From assembly GCF_009914755.1 (NCBI RefSeq), contig NC_060941.1: a stretch of 64,000 nucleotides of DNA; one strand, written 5' to 3'. The notes under the pieces are model-generated. The model ran no database searches. It saw only the letters and a program-made list of their open reading frames with translations, and was not told the DNA's origin. A program made the translations under genes and the position numbers. This document shows, piece after piece, positions 1 through 13,777 of this stretch (position 1 is the first letter of the stretch; the number at the start of each line of letters is the position of its first letter). This DNA is from the human T2T-CHM13v2.0 reference genome, Homo sapiens.

Positions 1-399
1 TGTTTTGTGATTTTTTTAAAGAAAGTAATATGATCAGTGAAATTTTGCTTATAATAAAACCCAGATTGCTTCATTAAGTCATTTACAAAAGTGACATTGT
101 CTAAGCTGTTTGGACCACTAATTTTATATACTAACATTAAAAGTGACACATTTACCAGGTAATATTGCATCTATTTGATGCTAATGTTATGAAAGGTATA
201 CTAGGCTATATCAGGTAAAATCATGTCCAACATAGCACACTTCATAATAAGCCACCCTGGCTGATTATCGCGAGAGAGGAGAGAAACAGTTAACCCAGGG
301 CCATTCACACCATGCACATATGATTGTTTTGGAATGTCTGGTTAGCTTTCTAGTTGATACGGCCTTCACTATGTAAAGGTCAGTCTTTTTATTTCTCAG

Positions 400-581
400 A
401 TACTTCACATTATTTATGAACCTTTTGAATGACTGCAGTGAAGTTGAAGATGAAAGTGCGCAAACAGGTGGCAGGAAACGTGGCATGTCTCGGAGGCTGG
501 CATCACTGAGGCACTGTACGGTCCTTGCAATGTCAAACTTACTCAATGCCAACGTAGACAGTGGTCTCATGCACTCCATAG
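400..581 (+). CDS. NF1: Neurofibromin exon 26 (legacy 20), 182 nt
   Basis: tttctcAG acceptor, AG|GTGAGA donor; reads YFTLFMNLLNDCSEVEDESAQTGGRKRGMSRRLASLRHCTVLAMSNLLNANVDSGLMHSI, recognised neurofibromin sequence. Confidence 0.97.
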
Positions 582-701
582 GTGAGATCAAATGAAAGTT
601 TCATATAGAAATACAAAACCTAGAGAACTGGCATGTAAGAGAAGCAAAAATTACTTCAGCAAGGCCATGTTAGTAAATTTGCATCTGTTTGTCCACATTA
701 G

Positions 702-913
702 GCTTAGGTTACCACAAGGATCTCCAGACAAGAGCTACATTTATGGAAGTTCTGACAAAAATCCTTCAACAAGGCACAGAATTTGACACACTTGCAGAAA
801 CAGTATTGGCTGATCGGTTTGAGAGATTGGTGGAACTGGTCACAATGATGGGTGATCAAGGAGAACTCCCTATAGCGATGGCTCTGGCCAATGTGGTTCC
901 TTGTTCTCAGTGG
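702..913 (+). CDS. NF1: Neurofibromin exon 27 (legacy 21), 212 nt; start of GAP-related domain
   Basis: cattAG acceptor, TGG|GTAAGT donor; GLGYHKDLQTRATFMEVLTKILQQGTEFDTLAETVLADRFERLVELVTMMGDQGELPIAMALANVVPCSQW; phase continues from exon 26. Confidence 0.97.
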
Positions 914-2091
914 GTAAGTGATTAGAGTAAGCGGGGAAGAAAAGTGCCTGGCACATAGCAAATCCTTCAGAATATATTTGTTCAATAAATGTTTGTTGAA
1001 TGAATTGATAAAATTTCAGAGCCAGAAGAAAGATGTTTAGTTAGGTGATTTTTCAGCTGTAGGGAAGTGGTTGGCACCACTAGACCTGACTAGTGTTCTG
1101 TATCATTTCATCCTACTAAAAAATTCCATTTAAACGCATTAAAAATCACTGATCTACTCTGGTGTCTTCATATATTTGATAAGGTAATTAGGTTAAACCT
1201 AATTTTAGTTAGTTGTTGCAATGCTGGAATTGGAATCCACGATTTGTGCCTGTTTACTACCTCCAGTTTGCTATTCTTTTCCCCATAATGTCTCATACAG
1301 TTTTTTAAAAATTTAAGCACTATATTTGCATTTGATATTATGATATTGTTTATTTTAAAAACTGAAAGCGTCATATGGCTATGTCTCTCTCTTAATTTAA
1401 TGAAAAATTTTCCTAAAATCACATCATTCTTAATACATGCTAAAACGTTGAGACGGGTTGTTGTTCCTTTCCAGTGTTAAAAGGCTATTTGCTTTTTAGT
1501 GTACCAAAACTGATTTCAGTTATAGTAAATTATGACTAATAAGGTAATCTGTCCTTGTTAACAAGCCTGTATTTGTTATACCTGTACTTAAAGTAAAATT
1601 CAAACTCCTTACCCTGTCCTACAAGGCTCTACCTGATCTGGGCCCTACCTCATCTCTAACATCATCTTATGCTATTTTCTTTCTTGTTCACCAGAGCCAC
1701 ACCAGCTACCTTTCTGTCCCTCCTTGTTAGACTTATTTCTGCTTTAGAGCACCCTTGCTGCTGCCACCACCTGAAATGCTTCTCTTCTGGTATTTTATTT
1801 TGGTGAGAACACCTGGCATGAGATCTACCCTCTAACAGATTTTTAAGTGTATAATACAGTATTGCTGTCTGTAGGCACAATGCTGCACAGCAGATCTCTA
1901 GAACTTACCTTGTATAACTGAAATTTTATACTCATTGATTAGCAACAGCCCCAAATTATTGAAACCTCCTTGAAGCCTAAATTTCAGAAATGTTCAAATG
2001 TTTTGAAAATGGATATTCTGAATTATCTTATTAGCATCTACCTATAATTAGCACTGAAAATAGTAATTTTTTAAATAAAGAATCAGTTAAG

Positions 2092-2396
2092 GGCCGGGTG
2101 TGGTCGCTCACGCCTGTAATCCCAGCACTTTGGGAGGCTGAGGCGGGAGGATCACAAGGTCGGGAGATCGAGACCATCCTGGCTAACACCGTGAAACCCT
2201 GTCTCTACTAAAAAAATACAAAAAAATCAGCTGGGCGTGGTGGCAGGTGCCAATAGTCCCAGCTACTTGGGAGGCTGAGGCAGGAGAATGGTGTGAACCC
2301 AGGAGGGTTGCAGTGAGCCAAGATCTCGCCACTGCACTCCAGCCTGGGCGACAGAGCGAGACTCTGTCTCAAAAAAAAAAAAAAAAAAAAAAAAAA
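2092..2396 (+). mobile_element. Alu (AluY-like)
   Basis: Dimer with gagatcgagaccatcctggctaac, poly(A) tail. Confidence 0.93.
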
Positions 2397-3310
2397 GAAT
2401 CATTTAGTTCAAGTAGCTTTAATTCGTTGAGTTTTATATTAAATGACTTTGAGAAGGAATTTTCTGTTAGGCCAGATCTCACCTACCACATTATTGTAAT
2501 CCTTGGATCAGGCAAGAATTAGAGAGCTATGAGCCATGATCCTGGCCTTTGTTGTTACTGCTTGAGGATTGAGGCATCTTTTTATGGCTACCCCTATTAT
2601 CTATAAATTTCTTCTTATCATGTGATTAAACAGTGATTTACCATTAGATCATTTTTTCTTGAGTGTACCCCAAACTGTTTTACTACAGAGAGTTATAAAG
2701 GATGTCATTTAGGTAATAGATAGAAATTTCAGCCCTCATCCTTGTGACCCTAGCTTTGTATGTAAATCTGGCTCATCTCTGGGTTCTGAATGCCCAATTC
2801 CTTTTCTTCCTGGTTTCTCAAAAATCCTATAGTCTTTCTGTTTTTGTTGTGTCTCTGCCTAGTATATATTCAGTATTCGCTGAGTTCCCCGACTGTATGA
2901 GAAGAGAGTAGAACTCTTCTGATCATCAATCTTATTTCTGCTCTGTGCAAATGCTTGTACAAATCAAACTAAATTCTTTGCTGTCATCTTCTGTTTCTGC
3001 TCTCTTTCATTTTGTGATGTAATTTGAGCTGAATCTTGGAGATTTTGTCTCCTAGTAAAGCGTAGGCCTCTCTTAATAGCTTTTACCGGTTAATCCTTGG
3101 AATTAACAGCTATCATAGACATTGTATATAGTCATCTATCATAAACAATGTACACTGTTAAATCTCAGGATAAATATTAATCAGTCATCATTTGCCTTAA
3201 TTTAGCAAGTGGTTGTCAACTTTGGGTTTACATTTTTGCTACTCTTTAGCTTCCTACCTAAGAATAAAAATGGGATTGTTTGCACTAACCTGATTTTGTT
3301 TTGTTCTCAG

Positions 3311-3472
3311 GATGAACTAGCTCGAGTTCTGGTTACTCTGTTTGATTCTCGGCATTTACTCTACCAACTGCTCTGGAACATGTTTTCTAAAGAAGTAGAA
3401 TTGGCAGACTCCATGCAGACTCTCTTCCGAGGCAACAGCTTGGCCAGTAAAATAATGACATTCTGTTTCAAG
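3311..3472 (+). CDS. NF1: Neurofibromin exon 28 (legacy 22), 162 nt; contains the catalytic arginine finger R1276 (CGA at 3428-3430)
   Basis: ttctcAG acceptor, AAG|GTTTGT donor; DELARVLVTLFDSRHLLYQLLWNMFSKEVELADSMQTLFRGNSLASKIMTFCFK with RasGAP FRGN motif. Confidence 0.97.
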
Positions 3473-3617
3473 GTTTGTATCATTCATTTTGTGTGTATGT
3501 GTGTGCTGAGGTATGTCAAGTAATGATTATGTACAGAATGTGCAGGGCTGATTGTCTTCTTTTAAGGTAAAATATATGGAGCAGGTATAATAAACTCCTA
3601 TTCGTGCATTTCTGTAG

Positions 3618-3721
3618 GTATATGGTGCTACCTATCTACAAAAACTCCTGGATCCTTTATTACGAATTGTGATCACATCCTCTGATTGGCAACATGTTAG
3701 CTTTGAAGTGGATCCTACCAG
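3618..3721 (+). CDS. NF1: Neurofibromin exon 29 (legacy 23-1), 104 nt
   Basis: ttctgtAG acceptor, CAG|GTTTGT donor; VYGATYLQKLLDPLLRIVITSSDWQHVSFEVDPT(R). Confidence 0.96.
3663..3680 (+). promoter_or_regulatory. NF1 mRNA C-to-U editing site (c.3916, R1306 CGA) with apoB-like mooring sequence
   Basis: C-GAATTG-TGATCACATCC resembles apoB C-AATT-TGATCAGTATA; position counts out to c.3916 from the exon 29 start. Confidence 0.7.
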
Positions 3722-4089
3722 GTTTGTCATCTTTTCACATAGAACCGCTGTTTTTTGTTTTTTTTTTTTTGTTTGTTTGTTTTACTAACACTGCATGAAG
3801 CAAGGCACCTTCTCCCCTTGATCATTAAAATTAGTTTTTAATTATAAAAGTTATATACAAATACACGTTTCTTTAATGATATCTGTAATTTTTTTTTAAG
3901 GTATCCTTTTATTTGCCTTAGATCCAGGGACAAACTAGAGAAAGGTGTCTTTGACTTCCACCTCCAGAGACTGTTACTAGTTAAGTCTGTTCCCCTGTCC
4001 TTTTTCCATGCATTTACATATTCATATGCAGTCACTTGCATGCATACTCTTTTTCTAACTCACTTCTTCTATGATGAGGAGTGACTTAG

Positions 4090-4450
<361 letters not shown>

Positions 4451-4831
4451 CAGAGTGCAGTTTAAACCACCATTTCTGTGAAGCTTTCTCTGCTTGTTAC
4501 CAGGTACTACCCACGAACAAAGAAATATGCTTTGTTCTGTGCTGTGCACCACCATTGTAACAATTGTGACGATTTATGAGTTTCTCTCTCCTCTAGACTG
4601 TTTGCTCTTTTACATTTTTACATCTTTATATCCTTCCATGAATATTTAGCATGGTGTCTGCCTTATAGTGAACATTTTATAAATATTTGTTAAGTGAATG
4701 AATTTTAACGGAATATCTTATGCTTGCTTTTTCTAAGCCACATGTTAAGATGTTCTTGTCTGTCTTTCAGTTAGGACTTTATTTTTTACTTTTAAGTTCA
4801 GAGCTTCTTGATGATTGTTCTTCCTAAATAA

Positions 4832-5276
<445 letters not shown>

Positions 5277-5579
5277 AAAGCAATATTTTGTAAAGCCTTG
5301 TATTTTCTTGCCATTAAGCACTTTCAGTTTTTTTCTTGACAACTTCTCATGTCTACTTTTTTTTTTTTTTTTTGCAATTTTCAAGTGTACATAATACATT
5401 ATTACGGATTTTATGTTAATTTTGTGCCCTACAATTTTACTGAATCTTATTATTAAGCAATTTTACTTTCTAAAGGTTAAAGAATTACTTAGAGAGTGAA
5501 CCAGCTGCTTCAAATAAGTTTACTATACAAAGTGCTGTGGTCCAGATAAGAGAACTAGATGGCAAACAATATACTCAGG

Positions 5580-7320
5580 TTGCTTAAAATCAAACTGAGG
5601 CCCACTCTGACATGTCAAGAGCTTGAAAGTCAACACTCCTGTGTTCACAACATGAAAAAAGCTAAAAAACTGAAAATCAGCAGCTCTTAGATCCATCAGA
5701 GAATTTAAGTCCACTCCAAAAACTGGAGAGACAGGTAAATGTATACAGAGAATCACAGTTTACCAGGAGAAGAAGCTGCTGGAGCCAGTAACTGGTAGGA
5801 AAGCTTAGATCATAATTGACGAGTTGCTGGAGGCTGAGCATGGAGTGCCTAGAGAGTTAAAACTCCTAGGGGCCTAGTCTTGCAGGGACCCCTGCACCTT
5901 TGTAAGTTTTACCTCCAGAAGCCTCATCAGGCTCTCATGGTGAAGATAGGAGAAAAATCCCTTTATGCTTTGGGCAGGGGAAGGGGAAAAGTAGCCATTT
6001 TTAAATATGACCACAGTGTTCTGTTATCCCTAGCAAAGGTTTGCCCTCAGGAGAAATTACTTTACCAGAGCTTTATTTGACTTAGAAGTTAGCCACCTCC
6101 AGCCCCCTCTAGCGTTTCTGTAAGAAGAGAGAAAAGGCTAAGAAACTCTTTGAGTCTGGCCTGGTGGCTCACATCTGTAATCCCAGCACTTTGGGAGGCT
6201 GAGGTGGGCAGATCACGAAGTCAGGAGATCGAGACCATACTGTCTAACATGGTGAAACCCTGTCTTTACTAAAAATACAAAAAATTAGCTGGGTGTGGTG
6301 GCACGTGCCTGTAGTCCCAGCTACCAGGAGGCTGAGGCAGGAGAATCGCTTGAACCCAGGAGGTGGAGGTTGCAGTGAGCTGAGATTTGCACCACTGCAC
6401 TCCAGCCTGGGCGACAGAGCGAGACTCTGTCTAAAAAAAAAAAAAAAAGAAACTCTTTGAAGGTCACACTTTAAGGAATTTGGCCCAATAAAACAATGGA
6501 GATATAATCAGATTGTAGAGTACTTCCCTTCCCCAGTATCCCAGTTAACGGGGAAACCCAGGGACAACAAAAGAGACAGAAATAAGAGCACTAGAGGAAA
6601 TGGGCGCCTACAGTTACAGCGAACATTAAACATAACCTAACTTCTAGGCAGATTAACAGAATGCCTCACACTAAAGTCCAATTTACCTCAGTTCCTATGA
6701 CCCAATACATCTTGTCTGGCTTTCAACAAAACATTACAATGCATGCTAACAAAAAATGAAAAATTAGTCTGAGGAGACAAAGCAAGCATCAGAATCAGAC
6801 TCAGATGTGGCAAGATGTATTGGAACTTTGAAATTGTCAAACTGAGAGTTTAAAATAACTAATATGCTAAGGGCTTTCATGGAAAATGGACAGTGTGTAA
6901 GAACAGATGGGTAATGTAAGCAGAGACATGGAAATTAAGAAAGAATCAAAAGAGAAGGCTAGAGAAAAAAGCTGTAACAGGGAGAATTCCTTTAGTGGGC
7001 TTATCAGTAGTCTGGGCACCACTGAAGAAAGAATTGGTGAATTTGTAGTTATATCAAGAGAAACTTCCCAAACTGAAATGCAAAGACAAACAGAAGAATA
7101 AATGAAAATGAAAATACATCAAAATTTGTGGGGTTTAATAAAAGCAGTTGCTTAGCAGTGTTAAATGTATGTTAGAAAAGAAAATCTAAAATGAATTATC
7201 TGAGCTCTCACCTTAGAAAACTAGACAAAGAGCAATACCTAAAGCAAGATGGGGGGAGGAATCAGAAATCAATGAAATTAAAAATAGGAAAAAAATAATG
7301 AAACGCAAAGCTAGATCTTT
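5580..7320 (+). mobile_element. Old L1M fragment (5' region, ORF1-like, part of ORF2) interrupted by an Alu
   Basis: ORF1-like coiled-coil peptide at 6907-7101; ORF2-like aatgaaacgcaaagctag resumes at 12609. Confidence 0.65.
6155..6448 (+). mobile_element. Alu with TSD agaaactctttga
   Basis: Alu dimer, poly(A), flanking direct repeat. Confidence 0.92.
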
Positions 7321-7461
7321 TTATTTTTTAATTTTTATTTTTTTGTGGGTACATAGTAGGTGTTTATATTTATGGGGTACATGAAATATTTTGATACAGA
7401 CATGGAATGTGTAGTAATCACTTCAGGGTAAATGGGGTGTCCATCACCTCAAGCATTGATC

Positions 7462-7763
7462 CTTTCTTTTTTCTTTTTTGAGACAGAGTTTCACTCTTGT
7501 CGCCCAGGCTGGAATGCAGTGGTGCTATCTTGGCTCACTGCAACCTCCGCCTCCCATGTTCAAGCAATTCTCCTTGCCTCAGCCTCCCGAGTAGCTGGGA
7601 TTACAGGTGCCCACCACCATGCCTGGCTAATTTTTGTATTTTTAGTAGAGACAGGGTTTCACAATATTGGCCAGGCTAGTCTTGACCTCCTGACTTCAGG
7701 CGAGCCGCCTGTCTTGGCCTCCCAAAGTGCTGTGATTACAGGCGTCAGCCACCGTGCCCGGCC
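7462..7763 (-). mobile_element. Alu inserted in L1 3' region
   Basis: Reverse Alu dimer. Confidence 0.9.
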
Positions 7764-8569
7764 TATCGTTTCTTTATGTTACATACAATCCAATTATACT
7801 CTTTTAGTGATTTTTAAATGTACAATAAGTTCTTGTTGACTGTAGTCACCTTGTGCTATCAGATAACCAGATCTCATTTATATTCTTTTGTACACATTAA
7901 CCATCCCCGGTCTCCCCTTCCCCACCCCCCACTACACTTCCCAGCCTCTGGGTAACTATCATTCTACTCTCTATCTCCATGAGTTCAATTGTTTTAATTT
8001 TTTTAGCTTCCACAAATAAGAGAGCGCACGATGTTGTATTTCTTTGCCTGGCTTATTTCACTTAACATCATAACCTTCAGTTCCATCCGTGTTGTTGCAA
8101 ATGACAGGAATCTCATGTTTTGTGTCTGAATAGTACTCCGTTGTGTATATGTACCACAGTTTCTTTATCCATTCTTCTGTGGACAGACACTTAGGTTGCT
8201 TCCAAATGTAGGCTATTGTGAATAGTGCTGCAACAAACATGGGAGTGCCGATATGTCTTCAATATACTGATTTCCTTTTGTTTCAGTATATACCTAGTAG
8301 TGAGATTTCTGGATCATATAGTAGTTTTATTTTTAGTTTTTTGAGGAACCTCCAAATGGTCCTCCATAGTATTATACTAATTTACATTCCTGCCAATAGT
8401 GTATGAGGGTTCCCTTTTCTCACTTTTCTCCTTGTCACCATTTGTTATTGCCCGTCTTTTGGATAAAAGCAACTTTAGGGTGACGTGATATCTCATTGTA
8501 GTTTTGATTTGCATTTCTCTGATAATCAGTGATGTTGAGCACCTTTTCATGTACCTGTTTGCCATGTGT

Positions 8570-8877
8570 ATTTTGTTTGTGTGTTTGTTTGTTTTGAGAC
8601 ACAGTCTTGCTCTGTCACACAGGTTGGAGTGTAGTGGCGTGATCTTGGCTCACTGCAACCTCTGCCTCCTGGGTTCAAGTGATTCTCCTGCCACAGCCTC
8701 CTGAGTAGCTGGGATTACAGGTGCCTGCCACGATGCCCAGCTGATTTTTGTATTTTTAGTAGAGACAGGGTTTCACCACGTTGGTCAGGCTGGTCCCAAA
8801 CTCCTGACCTCAAGCAATCCACCCGCCTCGGTCTCCCAAAGTGCTGAGATTACAGGCATGAGCTACCATGCCCAGCC
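8570..8877 (-). mobile_element. Alu at the L1 internal deletion junction
   Basis: Reverse Alu dimer, no clear TSD. Confidence 0.9.
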
Positions 8878-10007
8878 ATGGAATATCTTTTTTCTTTGCT
8901 TTATTTTCAGTCTGTGTTTTTCCTTATAGATGATGTCTGTTTCTTGTAGGCAACAGATTGTTGGGTCATGGGTTATTTTTGTTTGTTTTTAATCCATTCA
9001 ATCACTCTTACGTCTTTTGATTGGAGAATTTAGTCCATTTACATTCAGTGTTATTATTGACGAGGACTTACTCCTGCTATTTTGTTATTTGTTTTCTGGT
9101 GGTTTTGTGGTCTTCTCTTCCTCCTTTTCTTCCTTCCTGCCTTCCCTTTAGTAAAAGTGATTTTCACAGATGATATGTGTTAATTTCTTGCTTTTTATTT
9201 TTTGTGCATCTGTTGTATGTTTTTGATTTGAGGTTACCATGAGGCTTGCCAATAATATTTTATGAGCCATTCTTTTAAGCTGATGACAAGTTAACACTGA
9301 TGGCATAAAGCAGCAAACAAAGAAGCAAAAAGAAAACTAATAAAAACTCTACACTTTAACTTTATCCCCCTACTTTTTAACTTTTTGTTGTTTTTATGTA
9401 TACCTTATTATACTGTCTGTATCTTGAAAAGCTGTAGTTATTTGTAAAAGGTTCATCTTTTAGTCTTCTCAAGATAGTAGTTCATACCACAATTACAGTG
9501 TTATAATATTTTGTGTATTTACTGTTACCAGTGAATTTTGTACCTTCAGATTTCTTATTGCTTGTTAATGTCCTTTTCCTTTTGATTGAAGAACTCCCTT
9601 TAGCATTTCTTCTAGGACAGGTCTGGCATTGATAAAATCCCTCAGCTTTTGTTTGTCTAGGAAAGTCTTTATTTCTCCATATATGAAGGATATTTTCACT
9701 GGATACTGTTCTAAGGTAAAAGTTTTTTTTTTTTCTTTATCACTTGAAATATGTCATGCCACTCTCTCCTGGCCTCTAAGGTTTCCACTGAGAAGTCTGG
9801 GGCCAGACATATTGGAGCTCCATTGTATGTTATTTGTTTCTTTCCTCTTGCTGCTTTTAGGATCCTTTCTTTATCCTTGACCTTTGGGAGTCTGATTATT
9901 AAATACCTTGAGTTAATCTTCTTTGGTTTAAATCTGTTTGGTGTTCTGTAACCTTCCTGGACTTGAATATTGATAAATATCTTTCCCTAGGTTTCATAAG
10001 TTCTCTC

Positions 10008-10105
10008 TTTTTTTTTTTTTTTTTTTTTTTTTGAGATGGAGGTTCACTCTTGTCGCCCAGGCTGCAGTGCAATGGTGCAACCTCTGCTCACTGCACCCTC
10101 CGCCT
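10008..10105 (-). mobile_element. 5'-truncated Alu 3' fragment
   Basis: poly(T) + gagatggaggttcactcttgtcgcccaggctg, stops after about 75 nt. Confidence 0.8.
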
Positions 10106-10880
10106 CTACCTCCTCTTTAAGGCCAGTAACTCTTAAATTTGCTCTTTTGAGGCTGTTTTCTAGATCTTGTAAGCATGCTTCATTCTTTATTCTTGTCTCC
10201 TCTGTGTATTTTCATATAGGCTGCCTTCAAGCTTGCTAATTCTTCTGCTTCATCAATTTTGCTTTTAAGAGACTCTTGATGCATATTTCAGTATGTCAGC
10301 TGCATTTTTCGTCTCCAGAATTTCTCTCTGGTTCTTTGTAATTGTTTCAATCTCTTCGTTAAATTTATCTGATAGGATTCCGAATTCCTTCTCCACATTA
10401 TCATGGATTTCCTTGAGCTTCCTCAAAACAGCTATTTTGACTCCTCGGTCTGAGAGGTCACATATCGCTGTCTCTCCAGGATTGATCACTGGTGCCTTCT
10501 TTAATTCCTTCGGTGGGTCATGTTTTTCTGGATGGTCTTGATGCTTATGGATGTTCATTAGTGCCTGGGCATTGAAGAGTTAGGTATTTTTGTAGTCTTT
10601 GTAGTCTGGGCTTGTTTGTACCCACCCTTCTGGGGAAGGCTTTCCAAGTATTTGAAGGCACTTGGGTGTTGTTATCTTAAGTCTTTGGTCACTGCAGCTA
10701 TATCTGCTTTAGGGGACACTCCAAGCCCAATAACGCTGTGGCTCTTGTACACTCATAGCGGTACCACCTTGGTGGTCTTGCATAAGATCCTGGAGAATTC
10801 CCTGGGTTATCAAACAGACTCTTGTTCTCTTCTTCTCTTCCCTTACTTTCCTCTAAACAAACAGAGTCAGTCTCTCTCTC

Positions 10881-10884
<4 letters not shown>

Positions 10885-10912
<28 letters not shown>
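10885..10912. repeat. (TG)n microsatellite
   Basis: About 14 TG units. Confidence 0.9.
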
Positions 10913-10913
<1 letters not shown>

Positions 10914-13029
10914 TGAGCTGCCTGGAGCTGGGGGAGGGGCGACACAAGCAGCCCTGTGGACACCAGCACTGGGAGTGCACTGGGTCTTGCCCAAGGCCTG
11001 CAGTACTGCTGCCTGACTACCACCTATGTTCACTCAAGGCCCAAAGGCTCTACAGTCAGCAGGTAGCAAACCCAGCCAGGCTTGCGTCCTTTCGTTCAGG
11101 CAGTGAGTTCTCCGTGGGTCCAGAGATGCCATTCAGGAGCCAGAGCCTAGAGTTGGGTACATCAGAGATCTACCTAGTGCTCTATTCTGCTGCGGCTAAG
11201 CATTAAGCTGGCACCCAAGCTGTAAGACAAAGTCCTTCCCGCTCTTCCGTCCTCTTTTCTCAAGCAGAGGAGTCTTTTCCCATGGCCGCCATCGCCCCAG
11301 GCCCATGGTGAGTGCTGCCTGGCTACCACTGATGTTCACTCAAGGCCCAAGGGCTCTTCATTCAGCTCATGGTGAATGCTGCCAGTTCTGAGTCTCTCCC
11401 TTAAGGCCTTGGGGCTCCCCTCTAACCCAGGGCAGGTCCAGGAAAGTTTTCCAGGAGCCAAGGCCTGGAATCTGGGACCCCAGGAGCCTACTTAGTGCCC
11501 TACCCCACTGTGTCAAGCTGGTACCCAAGTTGCAACACAGAGTCCCCTTTATTCTTACCTCTTCTTTCCTCAAGCAGAAGGGGTCTCTCTCCATAGCCAC
11601 CACAGTTGGTAATGTGCTGGGTCACCCCTGAAGCCAGCATGTCTCCAAGTCTCACCCAAGGCCCACAGCAAGTACTGCCTGGCTATCCCTCCTGGTTGTT
11701 CAGGGGCCAAGGGCTCTTTAGTCAGCAGGTGATGAGTTCTGCCAAGACTGGGTCCTTCCTTTTAAGACAGCAGATTTCCTTCTGGCCCAGGGTTTGTTTA
11801 GGAGTGTTGTCTGTGAGGTAGGGCCTGAAATGGGGGCCTCAGGACTCTGCCTGGTGCCCTCTCCTACTGTGGCTAAGCTGGTAGTTACAAGACAAGGTCC
11901 TCTTTACTCTCTCCACTCTTGTATTTGAACAGAGGGAAGGCATCTCTGTTGGAGCTACAAGCTGAGCTGAGCTGCCTGGGTTTGGGAGAGGGGTGATGTA
12001 AGCATTCCCTTGGTTGCCCTGGCTGTCTCACTAGGTCCACCCCAAGTCCACTGGCTCTGAGCCCAGCACAGCACCAGGACTTACCCAGAAACTGCAGTCC
12101 TTGTGGGCCTAGACTGCCTTTCAAGTTTATTTAGGACCTCAGGGCACTTTAGCTCTTGGTGGTGGGGCTTGCTGGAACTCAGGTTTCAACAGCTGGGATG
12201 GGTGATTTACCTCTGGCTAGGTCTGTTCTAAGTTCTCCATCCTTGAGCACCAGCTGAGCTCTGCCCTGTGTTGCTTTCTGCTATGACAGGGCAGCATTTA
12301 GTCCTAATGCAAAGTCCCATAATCACTGTGCTGTCCGTCCCCCAAATGCAGATTTTCTTTGCACACCACGGGGCCACTGCCAGGAGGTGAAGGAAGGGTG
12401 GTATAGGTAAGTCAAGACAGTTTTTCCTACCCGCTTCAGTGCCTCTTCCTTAATATGATGTTAAGACCAGGTATTGTGATCACTTACCTGATTTTCAGTT
12501 CTTATGAAGGTGCTTTTTTGTATGGATGGTTGTTCAAGTTGGTGTTCCAATAAGGGGGACGATCCCTGGAGGCCTCCATTCAGCCATCTTGCTCCACCTC
12601 CAGTTCTCAAGCTAGTTCTTTGAAAATCAACTTGGGAAAAGTTTTATACACAGGAACACTTGAATAATTGAACACAAATGTTCATTGTAGTTCAGAATTA
12701 GTAGAATATTCAACAGGTTACCATTGGCATGTGGGAAGCAAGAGAGCACTGTGGCTAGAAGGTATTGTTTTAGAGGGAAACCTGAAATGGACTGCAGTGT
12801 ACCTGCTGCTATGCTGACTCAAAAAAAAAATTTCACAAAGTAGGCAATTGTCAGGGTTTCTAGCAGTCTCTTTGAGCCTTGTTAAAGAAATTGTTAATCT
12901 CATTCATACCTACCAACTCCTAGACCTCCATATCTTAAGATTTGGATTACTGTTGTAGCTTAACTGTTCTCCCTGCATATAATCCCCATATTTAGGCTGT
13001 CTCTTCAATTAGCCACATATTGCAAGTTC

Positions 13030-13777
13030 ATTTTCCTCCTCTGGCTTCCTAACAACCATCAGCCATTCTCCAATAGATACCAACCAGGTGTCCTTGTGAT
13101 TCAGTTCAACCGTGACACTGTTTACCTGGAGAGAGCATCAGATTTCCCATAGGATAAGGGCTGAGTAAGATTGCTACCACTTCAGATGCCAATTACAAGC
13201 CCCAGGTTGTTACCTGTGCTTCTCACAACTTCACCTTGAGTTGGATTAATTTGCTAGAAGGACTCACAGAACTCAGGGGCATACTTTACTTTTGTTTGCC
13301 TACTTACTATAAAGGATATCAGAAAGGATACAGATGAACAGCCAGATGGAAAAGATGCACATAGGGCAAGGCATGTGGGAAGGGGCTTGCAGCTTCCATG
13401 CTGTCTCCAGGTGCACTACCCTCCAGGCACCTCTATGTGTTCGGCAACCTGGAAGCTCTTCAAACTCTGTTCGTTGGGTTTTTATGGTGACCTCATTATA
13501 TAGGCATGATTGATTAAATCATGGGTCATTGGTGATAAACTCACCTTCAGCCTCTCTCCTCTCCTTGGAGGTTGGGGAGTGGGGCTGAAAGTCTCAACCC
13601 TCTAATCGAAACTTGGTCTTTCTGGTGACTAGCCCCGTCTTGAAGCTCCCTAGGACCTCCCAGCCACCAGTCATCTCATTATCATATAAAAGACACTCAG
13701 CACTTCCAGAGATTCCAAGGGTTTTAAGAGCAATGTATCAGGAATCAGGAGCAGAGACCAAATATATATTTATCACA
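13030..13777. mobile_element. LTR relic, MER21-like
   Basis: Recognised motifs cacttcagatgccaat..caagccccaggttgttacctgtgcttc and taatttgctagaaggactcacagaactcagg. Confidence 0.65.

Larger units (their letters stand above)
7321..12608 (-). mobile_element. L1 (L1MA-like) with both ends, internally deleted, carrying Alu insertions
   Basis: 3' end at 7321, ORF2 C-terminal peptides 8058-8565, ORF1-like peptide 10265-10558, long GC-richer 5'UTR, 5' terminus GAGGTGGAGCAAGATGGCTG at 12600-12581; TSD aagctag(a/t)tcttt. Confidence 0.82.

Noticed and set aside
265-985. - strand ORFs opposite exons 26-27, and the + ORF at 63436-63654 opposite OMG
   Set aside because: Antisense shadows of real coding sequence with no independent support.
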